Assembly (NCBI GenBank): GCA_030141605.1
Contig: JAQGDQ010001049.1
Span: 3,737-67,736 of the forward strand
Direction of reading: 5' to 3'
Origin: Tubiluchus corallicola
Taxonomy: Eukaryota; Animalia; Priapulida
Length of the DNA stretch: 64,000 nt
Part shown: one piece after another, positions 44,143 through 58,758 of the stretch
How the letters are laid out: each line of letters opens with the position of its first letter
Position numbering within the stretch: the stretch's first letter is position 1
The notes under the pieces: model-generated
Seen by the model: the letters and a program-made list of their open reading frames with translations, nothing else
Database searches by the model: none
What the model was told of the DNA's origin: nothing
Made by a program: the position numbers and the translations under genes

Positions 44143-44700
44143 CCTCTCTCCCTCTCTCCCCCTCTCCCCCTCTCCCCTCTCCCCCTCTCTCCCTCTCTCC
44201 CTCTCTCCCTCTCTCCCTCTCTCCCTCCCTCCCTCCCTCTCCCTCCCTCTCCCTCCCTCTCCCTCTCTTTCTCTACGCCTTCTCTCCCTCTCCTTTATTA
44301 TCTCGCTTTTCGTTAGATATTTCTGTAAATTCTGCCCTCTTTGTCTCTCTCAACCCCCCTCTCTTTCTGTCTCTCGCTCTCTCCCCTCTCTCTAGCTCTC
44401 ACATTCTCTCTTTTTCTCTCTTTCTCACTTTTCGACAGGTGTTTCTATAATCCCACCCCTCTTTTTCCTTCTCTCTCTCCCCCCACTCTCTCTCTCTATC
44501 TGTTCCCCCTCTCCTATCCTGTTTCTCTGCTTACTTTGGATGTGTACTTCATGCTGCTTTTTCCATGTCTATTATTACTTTCCTTTTCCGCTGTTCCTGT
44601 CTTTCCCTTGTACATTTTTTCACCTCCTTGTTTTACTTTATATCCACTTTAGCCACCCTCCCCCTCCATATGTCCCTCGCACACATTTTCACATACACTC
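44080..44700. repeat. (CT)n/(CA)n and long polypyrimidine low-complexity tract
   Basis: Directly visible. Confidence 0.9.
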
Positions 44701-44993
44701 ATAGCAGTTTGGTTCTCAACTTTGTTTTACCTCTCACTTCTACTGCCACCGACTCATTTATTCTCTCACTTGCCGCTGTTAAAGGGAATTCTCATGTTAG
44801 TGTCAGGCATGTCAACACTAGGTAATTGTAGGCCAGGCTATCAACCTTTTTATGAATTCTCAGATTCACAAATTTCAAAAATATCTGCGTATATTTATTT
44901 AATCGTGAATTTCTGTTTTTGTTTTTTTAAGTACAGTTGTTCTGCTGTATGACTACCAGTAGTAATTTATTTGATCAGACACATGTACACTCA

Positions 44994-45678
44994 AGGTAGG
45001 ACTATACGTGCGCGTAGTGCGTAATGCGAGATGAATATTGACTGTTTTCATGTATCCGTGAACGCAATGCGTATTAACGTGTTATTTTTATATTAATTCG
45101 TTTTATTTTTATTCGTCATTAAATTTTGTTTCTCCCGTTTTTGGTTTCTGTTTGCGAAAATGGAAGTAATCATTTTGGGAGCCGTGCGTCTGCCGAAATT
45201 TCAGCGTGATAATTACAACGGTGGCTTTAGCTCATTATTGTGCTATTAAACGGCAAACAGCATGCACAGGTTTTGGGTGCAGAATATTATGCAAGGAGGG
45301 GAACAGTGCGGCACGTATCGTCATTTAAGCGAAAGAACTGCAGTTAAATGTGTAACACATAATTATACGCATCTTCCAATCTCTAAAAAAATCGAATTTA
45401 GTAGAAGAAATATTATTGTGCGCACGTCTTGAAGTCACCAAAACTCGCCTAACCAGAATTTCCAATCAGCGGAAATGGACACAGGAAACTTAAAAACTCG
45501 TAAATCAGCTAGGCAACGATAGTTTCCCGTCGGTGTACTGCAGCGTAATGCGTAGTTCGAGTGAATACGCGTCAAGCGTCACGGATTGCGCATTACGTAC
45601 ACATGAAAGTTAATGCAAGCTGTTGCATACGCATTTCGGATCATGCATCATGTTTTACGCGTACACGATGTCATACCT
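44994..45678. mobile_element. Harbinger-like MITE
   Basis: Imperfect TIRs AGGTAGGACTATACGTGCGCGTA / TACGCGTACACGATGTCATACCT. Flanks TCA / TTA. GCGTAATGCG subterminal repeats at both ends. Confidence 0.6.
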
Positions 45679-45699
45679 TTAGGATCTTGCATGTTGGCA

Positions 45700-48600
45700 T
45701 GTAGTTCATTAGTAGGACAAGTCAGCAAAAATATTGATCAAGAAACCATTCTCAATGATTTTCTGTAGATTCCGTGACTAAAAAATTATTCTGACGTTCA
45801 CTTTATAACCCAAGTCATTTATTGATGCGTATCTCGCGCTTTCGTCAATTTTTGCAGTGGATTAGCGTTTTGAAATAGATGTTTTTATTTAAATGTTTCC
45901 TGTAAATACAGCCATTATATAATATTAAATATTATATTTAACAGCTTTGAGTTAACCATACTAACAGTATTAGTGGTCTTTTCTAAGCTAACTAGGGATG
46001 TGTTAAAAAGTTCGTCTGGGCCTGCACATATACTGTATTTACAGGAGACATAGTAATAAAAACAATGTCTTAAATAATTTTGCTTAATTAAGATGATAGA
46101 ACGAAGATTTATTAATTAGCTACAGAAAAGCGCAAACTCGTTAACTGAAGTGCATGTCAAAGTCAAACAAAGGGCAATCTTGACCATCTGTTTATTACAG
46201 TATCGTCAGAACATTTGCTTTCTGTGAAATCTAGTACGAAATCGTTATGGATTATATGCCAGTATTTTTGCTAGCAAATCGTTACAATGAAATACATACC
46301 AGACTAGAATAATCTCCATTTAAAAAATCACTTCTTTGCCAATAACAAAACTAAAACACAACTCAGTTTGTTTTTGGCTTATATATATCAGGCTTTTCCC
46401 AATTGACATCAACAGAACGTTGTTAAGGTAGTTCTATCAAATTTTGAAGTGACAAAGACTAAGTTTGTTTGGAATTCCGATATTTGCGACCGCATATCAA
46501 AGCAATTGTCTGGTGAGTTTTTGTCAAATGAATAACTGACGGTTTATTCTTGCGTTTATATGGGGACCCAGTTAGTGTCTGCTAATGTCGAACTCAAAAA
46601 CGTCCTTGCCACTGCTGCAGTTTAGAAGAAGCTAGGGAAACTTAAATTTATAACAGCTACTACTTGGCAAGCAAGTCGCTAGAGTGTCCTAGTAGGTTTT
46701 TTGCAATTTTGCAATTTTTGGAAACTAATTTTTAGAAGCTAACAGATCGAACTAAGAAAAACAAGAATTATTGATGAAGAAGAGCGACTTTATAGTATGA
46801 AATAACTGGCGTATTTAAGTTTTTTTTGCTTCTGTTATTTACGCCAAATTTGTTATAACTGTGGTTTTAGCTCTCATTTGGGTGTAGCTTACTGATTTTG
46901 GGTTGCATTTTGCAAGAAACTATGACGGAGCTGACACTGATTGATGAATATAATTGCTTTAATATTGATTATTATGACGGTTTGATTTCTAGCTACATTT
47001 CTATGCTATAAACAAGTGCAATACTGCTGTTGGTTATGTTATGCCTCTGATTGTAAGTTAATTAATGGTTTGTATTTAGCAGGCGAATGTTGGGACATTT
47101 TTGAAATCGGAGCGGTTTCCCAGTTGCTACGGACTTACTGCGGGTTAATCGGGTTAATGAGCTATTATGACTGATGCCGATTTATTTAATACGCATTTAC
47201 TATAGCATATTAGTTTTGAAAGTTTTGACGCACGTCTTAATTAGTTGAACATTATTTAAACTTAGTAATGCAGAGTAATAAAACTCTACATATTGCTAGT
47301 ATATAATAGTCATTGTGCAGGTGCAACATGGTTTAATTGCATCTCTAATTCTGTGGCACATTTTCAAAATGGTAAAATGATTGTGAAAGTTGTTCTAATT
47401 ACAGAAGAAAATTTACGCGTTACGATTGCTAACTGGCAGGTGGCAGCAGCAGCTATTCATTGGTGTGTAATTCGGGAAACGTTTATTGTATCACATTTCA
47501 AGATGAAGGATCTTCTTGATGTGAAAACGAGATGGTAACTGGTAAGACAAGTCCATTGTCAAGAGAAATATATGACTTGCTGAAAGTGAAGAGAAATTTT
47601 ATCAAATTTTTCAAATGCACAATTTTCAGACACGCGGAATTGAACTTGAAATTGTGCTTATTAACAAGCATAATTTTAGATAACAATTACAAAAACCATT
47701 TCGGTGTAACGTACTATGCTTGATGTTCGAATTAAATTAGTCCAGCTAAGAAAGTTTGTGGGATGAACAGTAATTAATTAGCAAATTGCAGATTTCTAAT
47801 ACCTAGAATTTTAGATACTGTGTTAATGCTAATTGGCAATATGAATACACGTACTTGGTACATGGAATAACGTTTTTTTAATAAACAAGACAGTAAGTTT
47901 GGACCACTTCTAGAATAGATGTGATACTGCTGAAAGTTGGAGCAGACATTCGATCATTTTTGCTAGCTTGGCCTTTCTTGAAAAAGAGCTAAAGGTAATA
48001 TTTATAGTTGGGGCTGATGGGTGATAATTTAAGATAATGATTTTATCTTGGTACTCAATTTAGTGGAGAAGAGGAGAGGGTAGGAGTATTAAAGGAATAT
48101 TAAAAGAAACGTAAATCGTAATAACAAAGAATTGTATAACTAGCTGGAGCAAACTTTGCATATAAAGGTGCCATCGTATATTTTTCTAGTCGGAAATGAG
48201 ACACGGGGGGAGGTTCCTTTAATATGTATTATATTATACGAATGAAATAACGAAAATAATGGAAATAATCCTCAATGATTTTGTATTATATTGCACGTAA
48301 TGAAAAATAATTCTGACGCTCATTTTACAGCTGTCGTTTTGCAACTTGCTCCATTAGATATTTTTATACCACTTTATTGTGAGATATTGCTTAAATATAA
48401 TTATTTAAGGTAGTTTTGTATCTTATACATTTCAATACTTCAATAGTTTGAAGTTGTTTTAAATGCCTCCTGTAAAAACATTTTTAACAGCTCTTGAATT
48501 AACATTGATAATGGTTTTTGTTCCAAACTAACGTCGTTAAAGTGTGCTTAACTTTGACATACTGTACTGACGTATGCATGGGCCTACCTATGTGCTAACA

Positions 48601-51600
48601 GTGACCGGTAATATGGCCTACCTATGTGCTAAGAGTGACCGGTAATAAAGTCACGGAAAGAGTCGAAATTAATTTATGGTGGCGTGAAAGAAAGTCGATG
48701 AATCAATCAAAAATATGTATGTGAAAAAAAATCACGTTTTCTTAGTATCAGATTATGGTAAGAGATTATGGCTATTTCTTTTCTAACTGTGACTTTTTTC
48801 ATACGACTTTTTCTTGTGACATCTTTTACCTGTGACTTCATTACCTGGATTAGTACTATATTATTTCAAAAAGATTAGTGACGTTCACCAGTATTGCACA
48901 AGAGCAGCTAGCAAACAAAACTATTTTCAGGAAAGATTTAACACAACAAAAGGTCTACAAACTTTAAAACATAATGGTACAATTCTATGGAATACTCTTT
49001 CAGATGATCTTAAGCAATCAACTAGTGTCTGTCACTTAAGTAAATTATATAAATGTCAACTCTTGCAGACTTATTACTGAGATAATTACATATAAGCGTA
49101 CAGTATTTTGCAACAACTTTTATTCCTTTTGCCCTCTAATAAATTGTCTAACTGCGTGCAAGAGCAGTTACTGTTATAGCAAGATCAATTAACTTCCATA
49201 TTTAATTGTTTATTGTCTAACTTCTGTAGATCATTTTCAACGTCTGGACTCCAATTGTCAATCTCCTCATGCAGTCATACAGGTAATTTTTAGTGCTTTA
49301 ATTATCTGCCTATTCATTTTACATCAGATCATCAAAAATCGCTCTGTATTTTTTTACATTATGCTTGTGTTATAAAGTAAATTTCAGTTGCCATTGTTAT
49401 TATGTTTCTGATGCCAGATTTTTATTTCAGTTCTTGTTTCAGTCCTTATTTCAGTTATCTTCAGTTTGATTTTTTTATTATTATTATGATGCGCTTATTA
49501 TTACTGTGTATGAATTGTACTAACACGTTATAAGCATATCATTATCAATTTTATGTCATTCGTATCAATTTAGTTTTTATTATAAGCAGTACTAACACTA
49601 ATGCACTGTAGCATAGCGCCTATAAAAATGTTCATTATTATTATTATTATTATTATTATTAAACTACTGTACGTACAGGGAGCGCTACAAAAACATATAA
49701 AGAAAAGTACAAGCTATAAAACTTGCAAGTCAAAAAATGCGACATTACTGTACATTTCATTGTTTACTGTAAATCGTTAGTTTGTCTTCTGAACGATCTA
49801 AACAAACATTGTGAATTATCTCACTATTTTTGTTGGCTAAGGGTTAAAAATGAAATGCGTATCAGATGGAAGTTGCTCATGCACGTACCTGGTAAGTGCT
49901 ATAGCCAAAAAATATTGCTGGTCGCTTTAAAAACGGACTTCTATTGCAAGGGACAAAATCTGAATTAATTACAAATTTCCCCATTGATAATATGAATTTC
50001 AGGGTGAAGTTAGTCCTATACTTCGAAGATACCGGTACGATATTAGTTTCAGATTCAAATATTTCAGTATTTGTCCTGTTTGTTTCTATTACTTGGACTG
50101 ATAAATAATGCTGAGTAACAAATTTGTGCATATCGTTAGTACATAATAGTAAATGTGTAGAAAATACGTAATTAGTATATAATGGTCATTGTGCATATAC
50201 ATGACATCGAATCGAATCAATACTGTGAAATGTGTTCTATTTCTTTCAGCGAAAGTTGCTCATTTACAGAAGGATGTTACGAACTTACGATTTATTATCT
50301 GTCAAGTGGCAGCAGCAGTTGTTCATTGGTGTGTAATTTGAGAACAGATTCTTTAATTGCATCGGTAATTTACTCTTATTTACAGAAGGAAATGTACGTG
50401 TTACGATGTCAGGTGGCAGCAGTAGTTGTTCATTGTTGTGTAATTTCAGAACACATTCTTTAAGTGCATTGTAATTTTGTAGTAAATTTTCAAAATGGTA
50501 AAATGATAGTGAAAGTTGTTCTACTTCCTTCAGTGAAAATTGTTCTATTTACAGAAGAAAATTCATATGTTACGATTTTGTGTCTGGCAGGTGGCAGCAG
50601 TTATTCATTAACTTTAGACGTCAGAAAATTTCTTGTCACATTTCAAGCTAAAGGAATCAATGTGAAAATGAGGAGAACACGTGACCTACTCAAAGTGAAG
50701 AGGAATTCCTGACTAGGGCTGGGTAATCTATAGAACAAACGTGATACACTTTTTGTATCACTTGCGCTAAGTTTATGAAATGTAGTATAAATGCTAATGG
50801 CAAAAGATTCTACAACTATTAGGAGTAGGCCTTAATTTTGTACATAAAGTTGCCAGCACAAGTTTTTCTATTAGCAGAATGAAATAGCTTGAAAATATTG
50901 AACATATTCTCCGATGATTTTGTATTAGATTGTACACAAGGAAAATGATTCTGACGGTTTACAACTGAATTTTCATGACTTAACTCCATTAAACATTTTT
51001 CATGCTGCTTTATTGTGGTAATTGCTTTAATGATTAAACATACTTATGTAAGCTAGTTTGTGTGTTGAATATTGTAATAATTTGAATATATAGTTGTTTT
51101 CATTTAAATGTTTCCTGTAAATACAGCATAAAATATAACAGCTTCTGAATTAACCTTGCTAATCGTTACAGTTACAAACTAATATTAAAGTGTGCTTTAC
51201 ACTGACATAAGCCATGTGTTAACCCGCTGTATTTACAGAAGACATAGCAATAAAAACAATTTTTGAAAAACTTGATCAAGGATTAGTAAAAATTAAAGGA
51301 AATGTACTAAAAATTAAAGGGAAAAGGGCTAACTTAATGTTAATTGACGAACAAGTCAAAATGAAAGTAATGAGACCTCGGGTACGTCTTGACTGTTCAA
51401 TGTAGATCGTCATGATATTTGATTTCTGCATAATCTAATACAAAATCATTGTGAATTATATCTGATTATTATTGCTAGGTAACCGTTACGATGAAATACA
51501 GGTAATTCTTGTAGCTAAGAAGGTATTACAGGTGCAAAGTTTTAAAAACCCACTTCTGTTGCAAAACAAGAATTTAATATGGGTTCACTCTCCGATTGAC

Positions 51601-51700
51601 TAGTGAAGTTTGTATTACCAAACTTTGAGGAGAACTGCGCTAAATTTGCATCAGGTTCAAATATTTTACACATCAAAACAACATGACCAATTCTAGTCAA
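45700..51700. repeat. Old diverged tandem duplication including a palindromic element
   Basis: 47290-48560 resembles 50170-51200, and 45740-46450 resembles 50900-51620. Shared blocks include TTTCAAAATGGTAAAATGATWGTGAAAGTTGTTCTA, TTTAAATGTTTCCTGTAAATACAGC and CTGTATTTACAG.AGACATAG.AATAAAAACAAT. Confidence 0.7.
48850..49660 (+). mobile_element. CR1/L2-type LINE 3' fragment with 3' UTR and (TTA)n tail
   Basis: Encodes YFKKISDVHQYCTRAASKQNYF....TTKGLQTLKHNGTILWNTLSDDLKQSTS...K, a typical RT C-terminus. Ends GCGCCTATAAAAATGTTC(ATT)n. Confidence 0.75.
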
Positions 51701-53239
51701 AGCTTAGGCCAGACTGAATAAGCCTTTTCACAGTTTTGTTGTGCGCAAGCGCAGTTGCTGTAGCTCAAAGGCAACAGCAAAGTGTCTTGGCTACAACTGT
51801 CACGTGACATATGGGTAAAGCAAAGCCCAGTTCAATAACTTCAGTTGTTTTACGTGGACTTTACTTAATTTTGCATTAGTCTGTGCGAGATCCTGATTGA
51901 GAACAAGAAAAAATGAACTAGGTAAGGAAATAAGCTAGTATTCGTCCCTTAATTATTGCATTATTACAATTGCATGGGACGCGAGGCGTTGTAATGTTTA
52001 CACAAATGCGCTGTATGGTAACCTTTCACTTTCTCACGACCATCATCAATACTGTGAACTGTGAAAAGGCTCATTAACTAAGAAACAAAACAACGATTGC
52101 AAAATAGGATGGGTTTATCGTTCGATTTCTGCTTTGGATTTCTGTCATCATTAAATACAGTTGCAGGTGCATTTTCAAAATGAGAGTGAAATTGTTGCAT
52201 TTACAGCTTGAGGAAGGATGTTCAGCTAAGGTGATTGACAGAACTATATCTAAAAAGAAAAACAATTGTTGTTTTTATTCATTCAATTGTTGATTTATTC
52301 ATGACTGAATTTTTCACATGAATAGGCTGTAGTTGATTTATTCAAACTTGAACTTATTATTTGGTTTTTCTCATTGATAGCAGTATGTGTTGAAACACTT
52401 ACTTTCTGCTGCATCTGCTACGTAATGTCTGTAATAAAGCTTTATGCAACTGTGTCTAAATCACTGAATACACTTTGATCTTGTCATTGGGTGGTGATGC
52501 TTCAGTCTTTATTCTGCTGGTGGATGGCTCTAGTACAGGGCTCATGTCTGGTGCTCTTGTAGTCTCAGGAGGGTTAATCTATCTTGTCTCTTTGTTTGGC
52601 CAATCTGTCTTCAGCGGTCGCCCCTTTTCACGACCTGCGATCAAACTCCTCAAGTAGCAGAGTAACATCGTGTTGTTTGTAAGTCTCAATCGTAACTCGA
52701 GGGGGCCTTTGTAGAAAACTTACACTTAAGGTTTAAGAAAGAGCTAGCAATTACGCTCTGTCATAGTTGGTTATTGCGGGACTGGTGCATAGCTAACTAA
52801 AATTTTATTTAAGTGAGACATTGAGCCACCAAAGGCTATTGCTTTCATATTGTCACATTAATCGATGATGTAGTGAAATTAACTGATACAGTATTATTGT
52901 TATAAACAGCAACTAAAAACAATTGTGCTAGCAGATTTGTAATAAACTTCGAACAAATGTATTTTTGCACAGCATTTTAAATTCCCTTCCCACTTCTCGA
53001 ACATGTACAATTACACCCAATGTGCAACATTTTTGATTGGTCTGTTCAGCTTTTGTAATGATATGTAGGATTTTTAAACTGCCTTGTCCACTAATGTGCA
53101 ACATTTTTGATTGGCCTGTCCAGCTTTTGTAATGAAATGTATCATTTTTGAGCTGCTCTGTTCAGTTAGCCTACGTGTGAGCCTGTCTGATGTTAATATA
53201 AGCATTGTTGTTTTATTTATTTGTCCGTCTGCTATGAAG

Positions 53240-53795
53240 AAATACAAATGGCCTTATTATGAAATATTATACGCCAGTATGGTGTGCCCAACTATGAGAG
53301 ATAATGAGAGATATCGACATTATTGAAAATGTGCAAAGGTATTTCACTAGAAGATTGTATGCCATGTGTGGATTTACTGCTAACATAATAATTTTAGCTC
53401 TGGATTTGTTGTCATTGGAAGAGAGAACTCGTTATGATCTAAAAATACTCTACAAAATTATTCGTAAGGAAAATGACTTGGACAGAAATAAATTTTTACC
53501 CATACTCATAAAATTTCTAGGGGTCATTGCGTAAATCAAACGTTGTGTAAATCGATCTGTATCGATCGATCTTAAATACTGCCTCCAGTAAATTATTTAG
53601 TCGAAGATGAATGAAAATTGATTTTTCAGCACATTTGTATATTTGCAGATGTATGTAAGTAGTAATTTTACTCTGTCTTTCTCGTATCCATTTTAACCTG
53701 TTTATTATTGTACATATTTTATTGTTTTATGCATTTGAATTCTGTTTTAAATTTTATTGCATGTTTGGCTACTTTGATAAATAAATAAATAAAAA
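53240..53795 (+). mobile_element. CR1/Jockey-type LINE 3' fragment, frameshifted
   Basis: Encodes YASMV...RDIDIIENVQRYFTRRL...LDLLSLEERTRYDLKILYKII. Ends in (TAAA)n at ~53777-53795. Confidence 0.75.
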
Positions 53796-56696
53796 ATGTC
53801 ATACGTTATAATCTGTAATCGTAAATGATGCGAGTTGCATTTGAAGTGAAATTGAGACTGCTCAATTGGGGCACTCGAACATTTTCCTCTACAAATATTC
53901 AATCTGATATGCAGATTGTTTAATAACCACTCCTAGGTTTGTTGCCGTACTGAATGCGTTTTTCTGCTTTTCTCGTTTCTTATAAATAGTCAGTTAAACG
54001 ATTTTTCTGTCCTTGCAAATTGAAATTATTTGCCACCTGTTTTAATAATAAAATATAGATTAAAAGCACTTATCTTCGTGTGTGCTTGCTTTAGTTGTAC
54101 GTAATTATTTATTCACATTTCATTAGTAGCCTTGGAATTTTTGCGTGCTCGTTTTGTCTGTAGATATAGATGCTCCATTGTTTAGTGTCACTGTATAGTA
54201 CACTGTACAAAAATTATCAGCGTTTTACATGCTTAGTTTCCCATTGTACTCTGTAGATATGTGAGTGCATTTTAACGAATTTTGAAATTCTACCATTTCA
54301 CGAGATTTAATGTAGTTTCGCTGTAGTCTACAGATACTTCGCGAAAACGATGTTTTGTTTCGTCACTTCGTTGATTTTGTAGGTACGTGTTTGCATTAGT
54401 AATATTGCATTAGTGATTTTGTAATAGCCCAATGCCCCAAAATAAACACCATCTTATTATCTCATCTGATATAGAGCATTACTGATTATTATACATATGT
54501 AGGTAATTTTGTCCGTGCTCATCATCTTAGTATTTTCCGTAAAGTGGCGTTTATGTAGCATGCGATACGGATGCATTTTAGGGGTGCGGAATAGATAAAA
54601 CGGGTATCTGTCCATTTCACGTTTTTGATTGTAATGTTGATATTTTGGATGCTTCATTGTAAATAAATCAATAAATCATTAAATTATGCCACATTCTTAC
54701 TATTGTAAATGCGTGTTGTAAATAAACCATTTTCATTTATGTGAGTAAACAAATCTGTATTGTTCCTTGAACTTTACATTCTCTTATTACCGTAAATGAT
54801 CACCGATTTCATAGAGAATTAATAGAGATTACTCTTATTACAAAAATATATTAGCTTTCGATGCATTCGGGATACCGTTGGTCAATAACAATTATAGCAA
54901 CAAGAGCACTATAATGACAACAATAAGCACAACCGTCGCCGCCGGCAAGGACGACAACAGCATACCTGCATTAATTTGAAGCCTATTAGCCAGTAGGTAA
55001 GGCAGTATCGCTGTAACATCGTGTAAATCAGCAGCTGTTTGTCACCTTTATATTAGACGTCATTCTGTAAGCCATAGACCTTGTCTCCTTTTATTCTACT
55101 CTCATTGTTGATGGAATTCACAAACTTCTCCAGAAAATCCTGTTAACATTAACAACAACGACAGTGATGTAAGGTAAGATATAAGAACAATTATTTCACA
55201 CATGCAAATCAAAAAAATATGTTCAACGCTGACAATAATAGTTGCCTCAGTGTGAGGGTAGTTTCATGAGTATAAGCATTCTCGATGAAGCTACACCGTA
55301 AGGTGTATGAATTATAACAGTGGCGCTTGATGCGTCATACAAAATTGAATGTAATTGAAGAAACAGGTTAAAAGAAAATTAAAATTAATTTATTAGCAAT
55401 GTTGTAGTAGTGAATATACCGTATAATGCAAAAAAGAAAGAGATATTACAAATTATGCTAGATAGAAATAGTTAACTGCAGCTGTAAACTGAGAGCATTA
55501 CGAAAAAATTGAGCCAATTTAAGGGTGAAAAATAAATTCGTATTTGTGTAATACTCTGTTTTGATTAGAAAACGTGACACACGTTTTTTGCAGGACTCTG
55601 ATAAATGCTGTAAACAGCATCAACAAATTTAACACTAGATTCAACACTAGCTGCAGAAAAAATAACGCATAAGGCCGGTCTGATAAACTGGTACATTGAA
55701 AACAATATAAACCGACTTTGTCTATTCCGCATCCGCACAACGCATATACGTATCCGGATGCCAGGTAAACACCACTTAAAATGTAAATATTTTTTACCAT
55801 AAATATGTAATTTTACTGTACTAATCAAATGTTCATCCTTTTAACTGCACTTTTAATTTATTTGCACGTATTTGATTGTTTATATTGTATTAACCATGTA
55901 CCATGCATTCTGTATTTTATAGCTGTAAATTTACTTTTAATACATTGTCGATGTTTTAATGGATATATATATATATATATATACATATTATATATATTAT
56001 ATATATAAAAGTTTCTTGACTTCTGTTCATAGATGTATTATAAATAAAAATAAAAAAAACGAAAATCAAACAAGTGAGGAACTTCAGCACCTTATTCGCA
56101 GATGGTACACGTCCGAGCGACAGACTTGGTATAACAACACGTTACTTTTTCCCTGAAATACTGCACGCACATGTCTTACCTCTCTGAAGATATTTCCATG
56201 GCTGTGAAATCTTAAGTCGCACATTCTTTGACGTTAGTAAGCCGCACGCATCACTCTTATTCGACTTTACGAGATTCGAAAAGCAGACGGACAAAGCTAA
56301 TGTGTATCGAATTTTTGGCTATGAAAATTATCCAATATATATCCGTCTCGTTATGGGCGCATGAATACGTAATGCGCACTGCGCTTTGTAATGTTTAACC
56401 AGCGCATGCTAGCTGCCACAATAATGTTATTTACAAATGTCCACGCATTAAGCAGTGATTAGTCGTGGCTCATGCGAAGTAATAAAGCCTTAATACGGTT
56501 ACAAATATAAGTAACATTGAGGAAGCCGACGTGATATTCATTAATTAATTACATTTCCTTTGATTTTAATTTGTGTCGCAGGGCGAGACGATTAACAATA
56601 GCTTGGACATCCATGGTGTAATAGATTTCCGCCGTAAAAATTAGGGATGGCTGCAAAGAAATGGCTTTTTTATCAATATGATTATAATTATTATTA

Positions 56697-56775
56697 ACAA
56701 ACAAACAAACAAACAAACAAACAAACAAACAAACAAACAAACAAACAAACAAACAAACAAACAAACAAACAAACA
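56697..56775. repeat. (AAAC)n tetranucleotide microsatellite
   Basis: Directly visible. Confidence 0.95.
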
Positions 56776-57458
56776 ATATTTGATCATACTTCCATTTTTT
56801 TCAGTATAATCTGCATAGATATGCTGGCTTCGTTGTCAGGTTAGCTGTTTGGCTTGACGGGTGTTCTTTCTCTCACGACCCACAATCATTTGTGAACGTA
56901 AAATAATAGAAAGTTGACGATTGATTTGCATGCTGTCAATGATGTTGTCACAACTTTCGACTATCTGTCAACTTTTTCAATTTTCACTGGATAATCTTTA
57001 GTACTAATAGAGTGTCAAGAGGTAGCTGATAGAGTGAACCTGTCAAGAGGTAGCTGATAGAGTGAACCTGTCAGGAAGTTGCTGAATATTTAGCAATTTT
57101 TGTGTCAAATCATATTATGTAATAAATTTTGTATAAAATTTTAATGTTATTTATAGGCGATGAAATTGTTATGCTTTGAAACCAAACGTATCCAAAAAAG
57201 GGGAACTATTAAAAAGTCGAAATTAAGCATGCTTACGGACCAGGGACTTTTCGGATATGAGAACTTTTCGCATTTCTTTCCTTTGTGCAATGTTTGATTT
57301 CACATCTCAATAATTGGGTATGTTTGGTCATCACATGTCATTTTGATTAAAGTTGTTAGCAGTGCCCATCTATTTCCTATCATTAATGTACAAGAAACAG
57401 TTTTCTTTAAGAAAGATGCAAGTCATAGAGTAGGCATAGACATTTATTCTCTAAAATA

Positions 57459-57819
57459 GTCTGGTAACCAGTTTTTACCTATATCAGTTGAAAGAGTGGA
57501 CCTTGGTGCTTACTGCCTGGGTGGCAGTACTAATTTTCAGGTGGGCCATGTGAGTGGTACGGGACCATTTGTGGGAATGCAAATTTGTGCATGGCAAGCA
57601 AGAGGCTGTTTCGTATTGCATCCATGTAGGCATTGAACATTTACTTTGACTATTGTTATTCTACAGATCATTGTGTTCATTTGCTTAGTAGTAGAAAAAA
57701 ATTTAATGGCCCATCATGGCGTACTGCTGTAAAGCTGTCCCATCTCAGAATAGCACAAAACTTGTTTACTAAAACCCTGTTTATTTTTCTAGTTTATAGG
57801 TAAAAACTGGTCACCAAAC
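57459..57819. mobile_element. MITE with ~25-bp TIRs and TA flanks
   Basis: GTCTGGTAACCAGTTTTTACCTATA / TATAGGTAAAAACTGGTCACCAAAC, with TA on both sides. Confidence 0.7.
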
Positions 57820-58376
57820 TAAGCGAGAAACCAATTTTTTGAGCCTTTGACTCCCGGTCTGTAATGTCTATAATACAAATACAGTAGAGCAGATGGTTAT
57901 TTATTTCTTCCATTATTGCAACGGTTTTCTATACACGATTTAACAAAATAAAACATTACATTTATATTTTTCAGTTAAAAAGCTTTGCAACTCACGGCAA
58001 TCACTTATGTGAGAGACGGAACCAAATCATCATGTGACCCGGGACGCTGTGACCCATTGTTGACTTAGTCCTGCGGCCACTGAAGCTGCTATTCGTTTTC
58101 TTGTTGAATTATTAAGCATAGAAACTAACATTTGTTTCGATAATGCCAACTGTTTTCTTATTTTAATTACGCACAAGAGCGCTTAAATGCTGTTAATTGA
58201 CATTTTTTGAAGAGAAATACATGTTTCTTGTATGTTGATAATGCAACCTGGGTCATCGGTTGTCTCAGGCAAAAATCTGCAAAAAGTTGACCTATTGACC
58301 CAATGACCTGGGACTCGTTTCCATCTCTGACAGTCGTAAGAACAAAAGAGCACGCTGGTGTTATACAAAGCTGTTG

Positions 58377-58758
58377 CTAATCGGATACTGGTACGTTACT
58401 TGGATCAACATTAATGACATGCAAATTGCGTGATCGGAAAGATACTTTGTTTGTAAATTCAGCTGTTCTGTCTCTAGGTGATGAAGTTGTAGCAAGTGTT
58501 GCTACTATTACATTCAAATCTCTCTCGGTGACAAAATACAAAGCATACAATTTCGAAACAAACAAGCAAATCAAACAGACAAGTGCATTGACAATTAATG
58601 CAAAAGTTAAACAAGCCGTCTGATAGATGGCGCTAGTGCCTACGTAGTAACTGGGAATGAACGCTATCCACATGACGAGTGTTGTATAGATGCAAAAACT
58701 AATGAAACGGGATTCATTAAAGTTGTCTGGTAGCTTGCGTGTCCTGAATGCGTAGTAA
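58377..58758 (-). CDS. GPCR C terminal exon
   Basis: Encodes [38 protein letters not shown]...NVPVSD*. Confidence 0.93.

Noticed and set aside
55590-56670. Exon-like segments with AG/GT boundaries on the + strand
   Set aside because: They contain stops and no recognisable motif, so a gene cannot be supported.
57012-57073. Short tandem duplications (28 bp here; also 48582-48645, 53018-53135, 41225-41410)
   Set aside because: Ordinary slippage duplications with no further structure.
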